From Promethearchaeota archaeon (GTDB taxonomy: Archaea > Asgardarchaeota > Lokiarchaeia > Sigyniarchaeales > SOKP01), in contig RDOE01000034.1 of assembly GCA_011364975.1 (NCBI GenBank), positions 1 through 35,488 on the forward strand: a stretch of 35,488 nt of DNA, in the 5' to 3' direction. Positions 1 to 8,600 of the stretch are shown here, piece after piece. Position numbers and translations under genes: made by a program. The stretch's first letter is position 1; every line of letters starts with the position of its first letter. Below the pieces are notes generated by a model. That model did no database searches and had not been told where the DNA came from. It worked only from the letters and a program-made list of their open reading frames with translations.

Positions 1-46
1 CTAATATTTTCTTTAGTTCTTTAAAAATTTCATCAAGATTTTTCAT
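1..46 (-). CDS. 5' end of a gene running off the left edge (MKNLDEIFKELKKIL...), product unknown
   Basis: ATG at 46..44 on the minus strand, open frame to the window edge, amphipathic helix-like peptide, AT-rich promoter-like DNA upstream. Only 15 codons are visible. Confidence 0.5.
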   Translation of the reverse strand, partial: MKNLDEIFKELKKIL

Positions 47-211
47 AATCTTAACTATCTTAAAAAATAATTTAATTCTTAAGATTATAAATTAAAAAAG
101 AGTTTAAGGCGAATATCTGTTGATTCAAAATGTTGTTATAAGCCTTAATTGGGTTATAGATTAGAAATCCAATAAGAGTTGTAAAGAGGGATACTGAAAA
201 ATATAAGTATG

Positions 212-715
212 TTATGAATTGATAACTGAAATTTCAATCTCACAGTAAGGATCTCCCAAAGGGATTTTCTTCTTATGTTTTAAAATGAATTCTTTTTCTG
301 GGAAAGCTCCCTTTAACAAACCCTTAATACTTGCTAATGTGACTTTGTGACAAGGAATAGCCTCCCGAGACCATACTTTCTGTACCATTTTCCAAACTTC
401 ACATTCTAAAACTCGGTGAATCATTTTATTCTCATTAATTACCTCTATTTCTGAATGCATATTCATGAGTATATGTTGGATTTTCATTAGTTTTGGCAAT
501 GTTTTAGAGAAATCACCTTTTAAATCCGTTATCGAAGCGATTTTCTTTCCCAACCTTTCAGAAAACATCTCCCATGCTTTTATATCAAGTTCTGTCGCAG
601 ATTCCAAACCGAATTTTTCTACTGAAGCCATGAACCACGCACCATCCAACCTGAGAAATGCATATCTCATCAATTCTAGTAAATCTTCTAATTCCAATTC
701 TATATTTTCTTTCAT
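212..715 (-). CDS. DUF6125-like / V4R-fold small protein
   Basis: N-terminal LDGAWF..VEKFG.E.A..LD..AW pattern plus three spaced Cys (CEVW, PCHK, YCEI), as in DUF6125/V4R/ATC-hydrolase-like proteins. Confidence 0.65.
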   Translation of the reverse strand: MKENIELELEDLLELMRYAFLRLDGAWFMASVEKFGLESATELDIKAWEMFSERLGKKIASITDLKGDFSKTLPKLMKIQHILMNMHSEIEVINENKMIHRVLECEVWKMVQKVWSREAIPCHKVTLASIKGLLKGAFPEKEFILKHKKKIPLGDPYCEIEISVINS

Positions 716-887
716 TTTTTTACTATTTCATGTTGTTTTTACTTATATTAAATTAGGGAATTTAATATAAATTAGAAATCAAATAATAAAATTATTATTG
801 ATTAATAATCTAGGTGTCCTGAATAATCTGAACGGATGCCTTGAATTAAAAATTAATACAATTATCAATTTAATATGGGTTTATACG

Positions 888-1826
888 ATGAATAACGATC
901 TTTGGTTTGGTTATCATGTTCCCTCTGAAGGTCTTAATTTCGAAAGTATGAAAAAAATCTGTTTGACAGCTGAAGATATTGGTCTTGACTTATTTACAAC
1001 AACAGATCATTTCATGAATATGATGAATCCTTCGGGTAAGGAAAACCATCCTCTGGAATGTTGGAGCTTACTAGCGGGTCTTGCAGCGGTCACAAAGAAG
1101 ATCCGATTAGGACCATTAGTATCGTGTTATGGTTATAGAGCACCAGCATTACTAGCAAAAATAGCAACTAGTGTTGATATTATAAGTAATGGAAGATTAG
1201 TAATGGGCCTTGGTGCAGGATGGCATCAAGCTGAATTTAATGGGTTTTACGGGAGGTTTCCTACAGCGAAGGAAAGAATACAAGGTTTTGAAGACACATT
1301 AGCTATTGTACATTCTATGTTACATAATGAGCATACTACTTATAAAGGGAAGGTTTTTTCGGTTGAAAATACTTTAAATAGCCCGTTTCCGGTTCAGAAA
1401 GAAATACCGATGATGACGGGAGTTTTTGGCAATTTAACTATTAAAATTGCTTCGTGTTATGCTGATATTATTCATTGTGTTTTTGATCCTTCATTAGATA
1501 CCTTAGAGGATCGGAGACGTCTAATATCTGAACGATGTAAAGAGTTAGGGAGAGATCCTAACGAGATTCGAATTGCTGCAGGATATACACTATGGCTTAA
1601 TCCAACAAAGGAAGATATTTCAAGACGTGCGATGATGTTAAAAATGAGAGGTAATAAACCATTAAAAGAAATAAAAAAGTTTGTTGAAAGTTCTCCATCA
1701 ACACCAGATGCTCACATTGAGGCAATGCAAGAGTTAATCAATAGGGGATTAAAGGTATTTACTTTTATGGGATCTATTGACAACTTGAAAATATTTGGAG
1801 ACCAAATTCTCCCAAAATTAAGATAA
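888..1826 (+). CDS. LLM-class (luciferase-like) flavin/F420-dependent oxidoreductase
   Basis: TDHF, ECWSLLAGLAAVTKKIRLGPLVSC, RAPALLAKIATSVDIISNGRL.MGLGAGW motifs. The start is moved from the track's 798 to the ATG at 888, where the family-like sequence (FGYHVP) begins. Confidence 0.9.
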   Translation: MNNDLWFGYHVPSEGLNFESMKKICLTAEDIGLDLFTTTDHFMNMMNPSGKENHPLECWSLLAGLAAVTKKIRLGPLVSCYGYRAPALLAKIATSVDIISNGRLVMGLGAGWHQAEFNGFYGRFPTAKERIQGFEDTLAIVHSMLHNEHTTYKGKVFSVENTLNSPFPVQKEIPMMTGVFGNLTIKIASCYADIIHCVFDPSLDTLEDRRRLISERCKELGRDPNEIRIAAGYTLWLNPTKEDISRRAMMLKMRGNKPLKEIKKFVESSPSTPDAHIEAMQELINRGLKVFTFMGSIDNLKIFGDQILPKLR

Positions 1827-2117
1827 TTAAATTCAGTGGCTATTTCATAGCTGCGAAAGCACTTATGTCATCTCATAATTCATTTAGGAACTTAGAAATT
1901 TATAACCCACTTCATTATTATGTGAATCTTTCATTATAGGTAAAGGTAATAAAAAGAAATAACGTTTCTATGCCAAGTACCTAATTACCTTTATTAACTT
2001 CTTAGTGGGTAGAATTAAAGGTTGTTTTAAATCTAAAAAAGGGGCAGTAAGAGGTGAATATCCCGCTGATTTGATAAACCTTTATAAGCATTATTATCTT
2101 AATTTTGATAATAAATT

Positions 2118-3251
2118 ATGATAATAAACAAACCATATAAGATCGGAAATATTGAAGTCAAGAATAGACTGATCCGTTCAGCTACATTTGAAGCTATGGC
2201 AACAGATGAAGGATATGTTACTCCCCAACATCTAAATCTTTATAAAAACTTAGCTGAAGGAGGGATTGGATTAATTATTACAGGATTCGCATATGTGCAT
2301 CCCAACGGACAATCTGCTCATCGTCAACTTGCGATTTATGATGATAAGTTTATTAAAGGAATTAAGCAGATAGCGGATGTAGTCCATGGTGTAGGAAATG
2401 GATGCAAAGTAGTGTTACAAATCGCGCATTGTGGACGTCAAACAGGAGCAATTGAAGAAACAATTGCTCCTTCTGCAGTTTTCGAAACTTATACGGAAAA
2501 GATGCCCCGAGAAATGACTCATAACGAGATCGAAGAAATTATTGAGGCATTCGGTCTAGCTATAAGAAGGGGAAAGGATGCAGGATTTGACGGTGTGCAA
2601 ATTCACGGAGCACATGGGTGGTTGATTAGTTCATTCTTATCTCCCTATACTAACAAAAGAAGCGATGAGTTTGGAGGATCAACTGAGAATAGAACGCGAA
2701 TCTTGGTAGACATCTATAATAGGGCAGTCGAGTTGGCTGGAAGAGATTTTCCCATACTCCTTAAAATGAATGGTACGGATTTCTTACCGAGTGGTTTACA
2801 AATCGAAGAGGCTAAAATAATAGCCAAGCGGTTAGCTGATATAGGATTTGCCTCATTTGAAGTCAGCGGAGGCATGTGGGAAATCATAACGCTTCCACCC
2901 AAAGATTTTGATTGGAGACCTACATTTATACCTGAAAGTAGATTAAACGTGGGAATCGAACACGATCCAGCATATAACTTGCCGTTCGCAAAAGAAATAA
3001 GCCAAGCTGTTGATGTACCCGTTATCCTTATCGGGGGGATAAATTCAAATCTCCTTGCCGAAGAAATTATAAATGAAGGGTCAATCGATTTCATCTCACT
3101 TTGTAGACCACTTATTCGTGAGCCCGATTTACCGAATAAATGGTTTGCGAGTGAGCAAAAAATCGGAGTTAGGTGCATTTATTGCAATGAATGTCTTGGC
3201 ACACTCTCTGAAGGGAAGGGGGTTTACTGTGTGCAAGATGAAAAAGTCTAA
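2118..3251 (+). CDS. NADH:flavin oxidoreductase (Old Yellow Enzyme family)
   Basis: KNRLIRSAT, GGIGLIITG, QIAHCGR, AGFDGVQIHGAHGWLISSFLSPYTNKRSDEFGGS, CRPLIREPDLP; C-terminal CIYCNEC Cys cluster. Confidence 0.93.
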   Translation: MIINKPYKIGNIEVKNRLIRSATFEAMATDEGYVTPQHLNLYKNLAEGGIGLIITGFAYVHPNGQSAHRQLAIYDDKFIKGIKQIADVVHGVGNGCKVVLQIAHCGRQTGAIEETIAPSAVFETYTEKMPREMTHNEIEEIIEAFGLAIRRGKDAGFDGVQIHGAHGWLISSFLSPYTNKRSDEFGGSTENRTRILVDIYNRAVELAGRDFPILLKMNGTDFLPSGLQIEEAKIIAKRLADIGFASFEVSGGMWEIITLPPKDFDWRPTFIPESRLNVGIEHDPAYNLPFAKEISQAVDVPVILIGGINSNLLAEEIINEGSIDFISLCRPLIREPDLPNKWFASEQKIGVRCIYCNECLGTLSEGKGVYCVQDEKV

Positions 3252-3367
3252 ATAAATACTCAAATAATCTAATTCTCTATCTTTCACAATCCTCTTTTTA
3301 ATATTATAAGTCTAAGAGGATTAAGAATAAATTAGAAAACAAATAAAAAAAGATTATTTAATAAAAT

Positions 3368-4636
3368 CTAGGTACCCTCAAGATACCCGTGAATGTAATT
3401 ATATTGCTCATCTGTTAATTTATCTATTTTAATACCCATAGATTCAAGTTTTAAGTATCCTACTTGATCATCTATCTCAGTAGGAATCTCTATTATGCCT
3501 TTTTTAAGCGATTTTTTGTTTTTTACAATATACTCTGACATTAGTGATTGAAGAGCAAAAGACATATCCATAACCTCACTGGGGTGGCCCTCAGATAAAA
3601 CAAGATTAGCTAACCGCCCTTTAGCAAGCAGATAAACTTTTTTACCGTCGGGAAATGTTAGTTCTTCCACATTAGAACGGATTGGTTTTATTTGTTTTGC
3701 ATATTCATATAACTGTTTCGTTGGGATTTCTATATCGAAATGCCCAAGATTTCCGAGAATTACTCCTTCTTTTAACATATCAAACATTTCTTTTGTTGGA
3801 GGAATTACGTGTTTGCAACCCGTTGCAGTTAAAATTATATCAGCGATCGGTAATGCATTGACTATAGGCATAACTTGATATCCTGCGAATTTAGCTTGAA
3901 GTGCTTTAATTGGATCAACTTCAGTGACAATTACATTTGCCCCTAAACCACGTGCTCTCAAGGCCATTCCGCTACTGCAATGACCGAATCCTGCAACGAT
4001 TACATTTTTGCCTGCAAAGAGAACATGCATCCCATAAATAGCTGAAACTATACCTTGTCCAGTACCCAACTCGTTATCGAATTGATTCTTACATCGAGCA
4101 TCATTAACTGGAAATAAGGGTACTTTCAAAAACCCTTGCTTATCCATAGCTTTGAATCTTTTAACTCCAGTTGTAGTTTCTTCTTGACAAGCAATAATTA
4201 CACCTGAGTTAATAAGTTCTGCATATTCTTGGTGAGCGGTCACAATCATATCTGCACCATCGTCTATTAAGATGTTTGGCTTTGCATCAAGACATTGTCT
4301 AATACACCAATAAAATTCCTCATCAGTATTACCATGCCAAGCAAATACATTTATTCCTTCCGTTATCAAGGCGGCTGCTACATCATCTTGGGTTGATAAT
4401 GGATTACTACCACAAAGATATACTTCTGCTCCACCAGCTTTAAGTGTTCTTGCCAGGTTCCCCGTTTCCTTTGTCACATGGAGACATCCTGCAATGATAA
4501 TTCCCTTCAATGGTTTTTCTTTTTCAAACCTTTCTCGAATCACTTTAGCTGTGACTGGCATTTTACTCTCAGCAATATATAAGGCTTCTTTTCCTTTTTC
4601 AGCGAGTTTCTCATCTGCGATTTTAAAATTAACCAA
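3368..4636 (-). CDS. ahcY: S-adenosyl-L-homocysteine hydrolase (adenosylhomocysteinase)
   Basis: CLHVTKET, GSNPLSTQDDVAAAL, DDGAD, EETTTGV, KNQFDN, TEVDPIKALQA, GHFDIEI, GRLANL, GHPSEVMDMSF motifs; TTG start preceded by GTGA. Confidence 0.97.
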   Translation of the reverse strand: MVNFKIADEKLAEKGKEALYIAESKMPVTAKVIRERFEKEKPLKGIIIAGCLHVTKETGNLARTLKAGGAEVYLCGSNPLSTQDDVAAALITEGINVFAWHGNTDEEFYWCIRQCLDAKPNILIDDGADMIVTAHQEYAELINSGVIIACQEETTTGVKRFKAMDKQGFLKVPLFPVNDARCKNQFDNELGTGQGIVSAIYGMHVLFAGKNVIVAGFGHCSSGMALRARGLGANVIVTEVDPIKALQAKFAGYQVMPIVNALPIADIILTATGCKHVIPPTKEMFDMLKEGVILGNLGHFDIEIPTKQLYEYAKQIKPIRSNVEELTFPDGKKVYLLAKGRLANLVLSEGHPSEVMDMSFALQSLMSEYIVKNKKSLKKGIIEIPTEIDDQVGYLKLESMGIKIDKLTDEQYNYIHGYLEGT

Positions 4637-4757
4637 TTATGATCACATTTATGTAAATTTATTTAGTAAGATTATTTAATTTTGATTAGATTATAAAGGT
4701 ATTTTTAAGCAATTGTGTAATAATATTATTATATATTACATAAATGATTAATATAAT

Positions 4758-5729
4758 ATGGTTATTAGGTTGAATGAAGTATTAAACAATTTAAATTTAG
4801 AGCATAAGTTAATCAAAGATTTAAATTTAAGTTCAAAACCAAATTTCTCTATTATTGCAAAGACCTTAGGTATATCAAGAAAGACTTTTTTAAGTTTATT
4901 TAAGGAGATAAGGAACAAAAAATTGATTAATAATTTCTCAATTAATATTAATCCCAACATTCAACCAAACTTAAAATATGTTTTTTTGGAAATTAAAACA
5001 AATCCTAAAGAACCTCAAATAGTAAATGAATTATTGAAGATTCCACAATTAACCATGCTTGATGGAATTTTTGGCGAATATTCTTTAATGGCTTTATTTA
5101 TATTTAAGACTTCTGAAGAGTATTATACAGTTCTTAATAACCTTGATCAGGTAATGGCGTTATCTTATTTTAAAAAATATCAACTTCTTGAAACTATAAA
5201 AACCTTTAAAATAAATGGAGTCGAATTATCGAACAAACCTGTATCAAAATCATTACAGCTTGACGAAATCGATTATGTAATTCTTAAAATTTTAAACCAA
5301 GAACAAGGGTATAAATTACTATCTACCTATGAGATAAAAAACATACTAAAGAACAAATATAAAATAATAATCTCTCAACCTACCGTTTCACTTCGAATAA
5401 AGGCCCTTAGATCAAATAACATTATTCTAAATTATGCTATAAACTTTAATCCTAAAAAAATTGGCTTCTTCGGAAAGTTTATAATAAAAATAAAACCAGC
5501 AGATACATCAAAATATGATGACCTTGCGTTAGAATTAGAAAAAAGAGAGGAAATAACACATTTATTTAGAATTGGGGAAGAATACGGTTTATTAGCGATC
5601 ATAAGAGTTAAAAAAATTGAAGATTACAGATTTTTCATAATGAGTCTATATGAATCAAGAGAAATTGAAGACACATATACCAATTTTGTTCTGGATGAAC
5701 ATATTATTTTTACAAATTTTTTATATTAA
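4758..5729 (+). CDS. Tandem (double) Lrp/AsnC-family transcriptional regulator
   Basis: Two wHTH+RAM units: IIAKTLGISRKT...GIFGEYSL and LDEIDYVILKIL...ISQPTVSLRIKAL...RIGEEYGLL. Divergent from ahcY. Confidence 0.85.
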   Translation: MVIRLNEVLNNLNLEHKLIKDLNLSSKPNFSIIAKTLGISRKTFLSLFKEIRNKKLINNFSININPNIQPNLKYVFLEIKTNPKEPQIVNELLKIPQLTMLDGIFGEYSLMALFIFKTSEEYYTVLNNLDQVMALSYFKKYQLLETIKTFKINGVELSNKPVSKSLQLDEIDYVILKILNQEQGYKLLSTYEIKNILKNKYKIIISQPTVSLRIKALRSNNIILNYAINFNPKKIGFFGKFIIKIKPADTSKYDDLALELEKREEITHLFRIGEEYGLLAIIRVKKIEDYRFFIMSLYESREIEDTYTNFVLDEHIIFTNFLY

Positions 5730-5818
5730 TTTTGTTTTAATTGCTAAAAAACTAATCCAATATTCTCCTTCTGTTTATATTTACTCATGAATAACTTTAT
5801 TTTAATTCGAAAAAATTG

Positions 5819-5830
5819 TTTTATATATAA
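5819..5830 (+). promoter_or_regulatory. Probable archaeal TATA box with A-rich BRE upstream of the exonuclease gene
   Basis: TTTTATATATAA preceded by GAAAAAA, ending ~23 nt before the ATG at 5854, the spacing expected for a leaderless transcript. The AT-rich background weakens this. Confidence 0.45.
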
Positions 5831-5853
5831 ATCTGATCTAAATCAGGGTAGTC

Positions 5854-6394
5854 ATGAAAGAAAACATTGTCTTTAAAGACCTTTTTGAGTTTATTGATGA
5901 TGAGAGATCACATAAAATAGCGGTTTTAGATATCGAGACTACTGGATTAAAGCCAGATAATGGACTTATTGTTGAGATCGGAATTGTTGAGCTTGATTTA
6001 AAGACGGGCGCTACGAAAATTCTTTTTGAATCAATAATAAAGGAAGCAGGGTTTGAATCCTGATTTAGTTGAATTAAAAGAAAAGGTTCAAGAGATTCTT
6101 AATAGGTATCACTTAACTGCTTATAATAAACCTTTTGATTTCAGCTTTTTAGAGTCTAGGGGATTTCTAATAAAAAAACAATTACCTGATATAATGGAAG
6201 CCGCAAAGAATGTTTGTAAGATTGTGAAATTTAATGGTGAATATAAAAATCCGAATTTTCAAGAAGCTTGGGAGTATTTTTTCCCAGAAAGTAATTATAT
6301 TGAAAAACATAGGGCGGTAGATGACGCTTTACACGAGGCCATCGTACTATACGAAATGTATCAGAAGGGTAATTTTAAAGCCAACTTTTATTAA
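5854..6394 (+). pseudogene. DEDDh (DnaQ-like) 3'-5' exonuclease split over two overlapping frames (5854..6063 and 6053..6394)
   Basis: ExoI DIETTG lies in ORF1; ExoII YNKPFD and ExoIII HRAVDD lie in ORF2, which is in the +1 frame. The ExoI-ExoII spacing is ~20 aa shorter than in E. coli DnaQ. Confidence 0.8.
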
Positions 6395-6521
6395 ATCAAT
6401 AATTGATTAGTTTTACTTTTTCTCTTCTTTAGGATTTTAACTTAAAATAAATTAAATAATATTTAGAAATTCAAAAAGAAATAATTTAATTATTTTGGGA
6501 AAATACCTTTAATTGTAAATT

Positions 6522-8600
6522 ATGAGTTATTTCTATGAAGTTTTATCTAAACAAGCAGGTTATTCACGAATAGGACGTATGATTTTATCAAAAGAACCTA
6601 AGTTATACATTAGTACTCCTGAAATTGTTATCCCCATGAAAAGAACATTAATGAATCATCTTGGATTTCTTGAAGAAGTTCAAGAACATAAAATTTTTCT
6701 CATTACTAAAGAAATCTATCTAAAAATTGGTTTCTTAAGAGAAAAATTTAGAGGAACTGGCTTTCTTTTCACACATTATGGTACGATTACCAAATTTAAT
6801 GAAATCTTAGAAAGAAATATTGAGAAAATTTCACAAAATCATGTTATATGTTTAATTCCCTTTAATGTGCCAAATACAATAATAGGTAAAGATTTTGCAG
6901 TAAATGAGATTAATAATTATTTAAAACGGGTAAAAGAAATTTTTTCCAAGCATTCAAATATATTATTTGGTTTATCCATCCGAATATTCGATTATCCTGA
7001 ATTAATTGAACTTTATAGTTCATTTCTTAAGGAACATTCAAATATAAAAATCTTAAATCTGCTTGATTTGTTTGATAATTTTGTAAAATATAGAAAAATC
7101 TTGGACACAATTGTAAAGATAAAATCTAACTTGGATAACAATTCTGTACTCATGGCTTCTGGGAAAATAGTTCCAAGTCAATATCCTTTTCTTATTTATT
7201 TAGGAATTGATTTAATTAATGCAAGTTACATGCTCTATTTATCTTCAGAAAATTTCTATGATACTACTGAATACTTGCTTCCCATTTATAAAGTAAATGA
7301 TTTTCCTTGCTCTTGTTTTGCCTGTAAGAGTGACCTCAAAAAAATTAAACAAGAAAAATATTCTGGTGAGAAATTAGAATTATTATGTTTACACAACATA
7401 ATATCTGCAAAAAATTTTGTAAATAAGGTTAAACAATATCTTAGAACAGAGGATTTTCGAAATTTTCTTGAGAAAGCAGTTTTAAATGACTTAAATCTCA
7501 TTTCAGCACTAAAAATCTTAGATCGTAATTATTACAATATTTTGAAATATGAAACACCCATTACTCAACAGAACAAAATAATAAAGTGTATTGGAGTTTC
7601 ATCATATCATCGTCCTGACTTTAGAGAATTTAGAGAGAGATTGATTAACACTTTTACTCCTGAATCTTGGACAAGATTAATAATAATATATCCCTGTTCC
7701 TCAAAAAAACCTTATTCTGAATCAAAGTCTCATAAAGCGTTTCAGAAAGTAATGCGAAAATTTCCAGAGTTTCCAGATTTCCAAGAAATAATACTTACTT
7801 CTCCACTTGGTGCTATTCCAAGGCAATTTGAGAATGTTTATCCAGTTAGTTCTTATGATATATCTGTAACAGGTTTTTGGGATACAGAAGAGGTAAATAT
7901 CACTGCGAATATGCTCCTAAAAATCTTACAAAAATATAATACCGAAATTCCTATTATTTGTCACTTGAAAGGAAAGGGTTATCAAAGGGTAATAAAAAAG
8001 GTTAGTAAATCATTAGATCATGATATATATTTTACAGAAGCTAAAGAAGGTCTAATTACCAAAGATAGTTTGAATAGCTTATACAATAAGATAAAAGAAT
8101 TAAAGGATAAATATCATCCAAAAGAGAGCTTGTCTGCGAATGACCCAAACCATAAAACATGGAATCGAAAATTAATAAAAATCTTAGATTATCAATTTGG
8201 TGCAGGAACGGGAATGATGCTAATTAATAATAATATCAAAATTAAAAAAGATAATAAAGGTAATAAATTAGAAATTTCAGATAGCAGGAGTAAAGAGGTT
8301 ATAGGACATTTTTATTTTGATTCTGGTCAAATAAAACTTACTTTGGACGGCGCGAAAAGATTATTTCCTCTTTCGAAAATCGAAAAACAACTTGTCTTTG
8401 ATGGGGATGTTATTAAAGGAAGTACTCTTTTTCGTCCAGGTATTATTGAATATTCTACCGATCTTAAGCCAAAAGATATAGTATTAATATTGAATAAAAA
8501 AAAAGAAAATGTAATAGGTTTAGGGCAATTGATAATAGGTAAAAATAATATTAAAAATTCAAATTCGGGTAAAGTAGCTGAAATCTATGAAAAATTATGA
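6522..8600 (+). CDS. arcS: Archaeosine synthase alpha subunit (ArcS/TgtA2): degenerate TGT barrel, ArcS catalytic domain and PUA domain
   Basis: SRIGR..TP start, TGT zinc site CSCFAC...H, ArcS motif PCSSKKPYSESKSH, TSPLGAIPR, YDISVTG.W, DYQFG, C-terminal PUA (GSTLFRPGI). Confidence 0.9.
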   Translation: MSYFYEVLSKQAGYSRIGRMILSKEPKLYISTPEIVIPMKRTLMNHLGFLEEVQEHKIFLITKEIYLKIGFLREKFRGTGFLFTHYGTITKFNEILERNIEKISQNHVICLIPFNVPNTIIGKDFAVNEINNYLKRVKEIFSKHSNILFGLSIRIFDYPELIELYSSFLKEHSNIKILNLLDLFDNFVKYRKILDTIVKIKSNLDNNSVLMASGKIVPSQYPFLIYLGIDLINASYMLYLSSENFYDTTEYLLPIYKVNDFPCSCFACKSDLKKIKQEKYSGEKLELLCLHNIISAKNFVNKVKQYLRTEDFRNFLEKAVLNDLNLISALKILDRNYYNILKYETPITQQNKIIKCIGVSSYHRPDFREFRERLINTFTPESWTRLIIIYPCSSKKPYSESKSHKAFQKVMRKFPEFPDFQEIILTSPLGAIPRQFENVYPVSSYDISVTGFWDTEEVNITANMLLKILQKYNTEIPIICHLKGKGYQRVIKKVSKSLDHDIYFTEAKEGLITKDSLNSLYNKIKELKDKYHPKESLSANDPNHKTWNRKLIKILDYQFGAGTGMMLINNNIKIKKDNKGNKLEISDSRSKEVIGHFYFDSGQIKLTLDGAKRLFPLSKIEKQLVFDGDVIKGSTLFRPGIIEYSTDLKPKDIVLILNKKKENVIGLGQLIIGKNNIKNSNSGKVAEIYEKL

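Noticed and set aside
104-173. Short inverted repeats TTAAGGC/GCCTTAA and ATTGG/CCAAT
   Set aside because: Short stems with long loops in AT-rich DNA, plausibly chance.
798-887. 30-aa N-terminal extension of the LLM oxidoreductase given by the track
   Set aside because: Low-complexity Asn/Ile/Leu sequence overlapping promoter-like DNA and a hairpin; family similarity starts at the ATG at 888.
1830-1880. SECIS-like or hammerhead-like reading of the small hairpins after the LLM gene
   Set aside because: No proper AUGA/GA core with a long helix II, no CUGAUGA-GAAA core, and no selenoprotein candidate nearby.
6061-6063. TGA as selenocysteine in the exonuclease (Lokiarchaeia encode Sec)
   Set aside because: The downstream catalytic motifs are in the +1 frame, so in-frame readthrough would not restore the protein.
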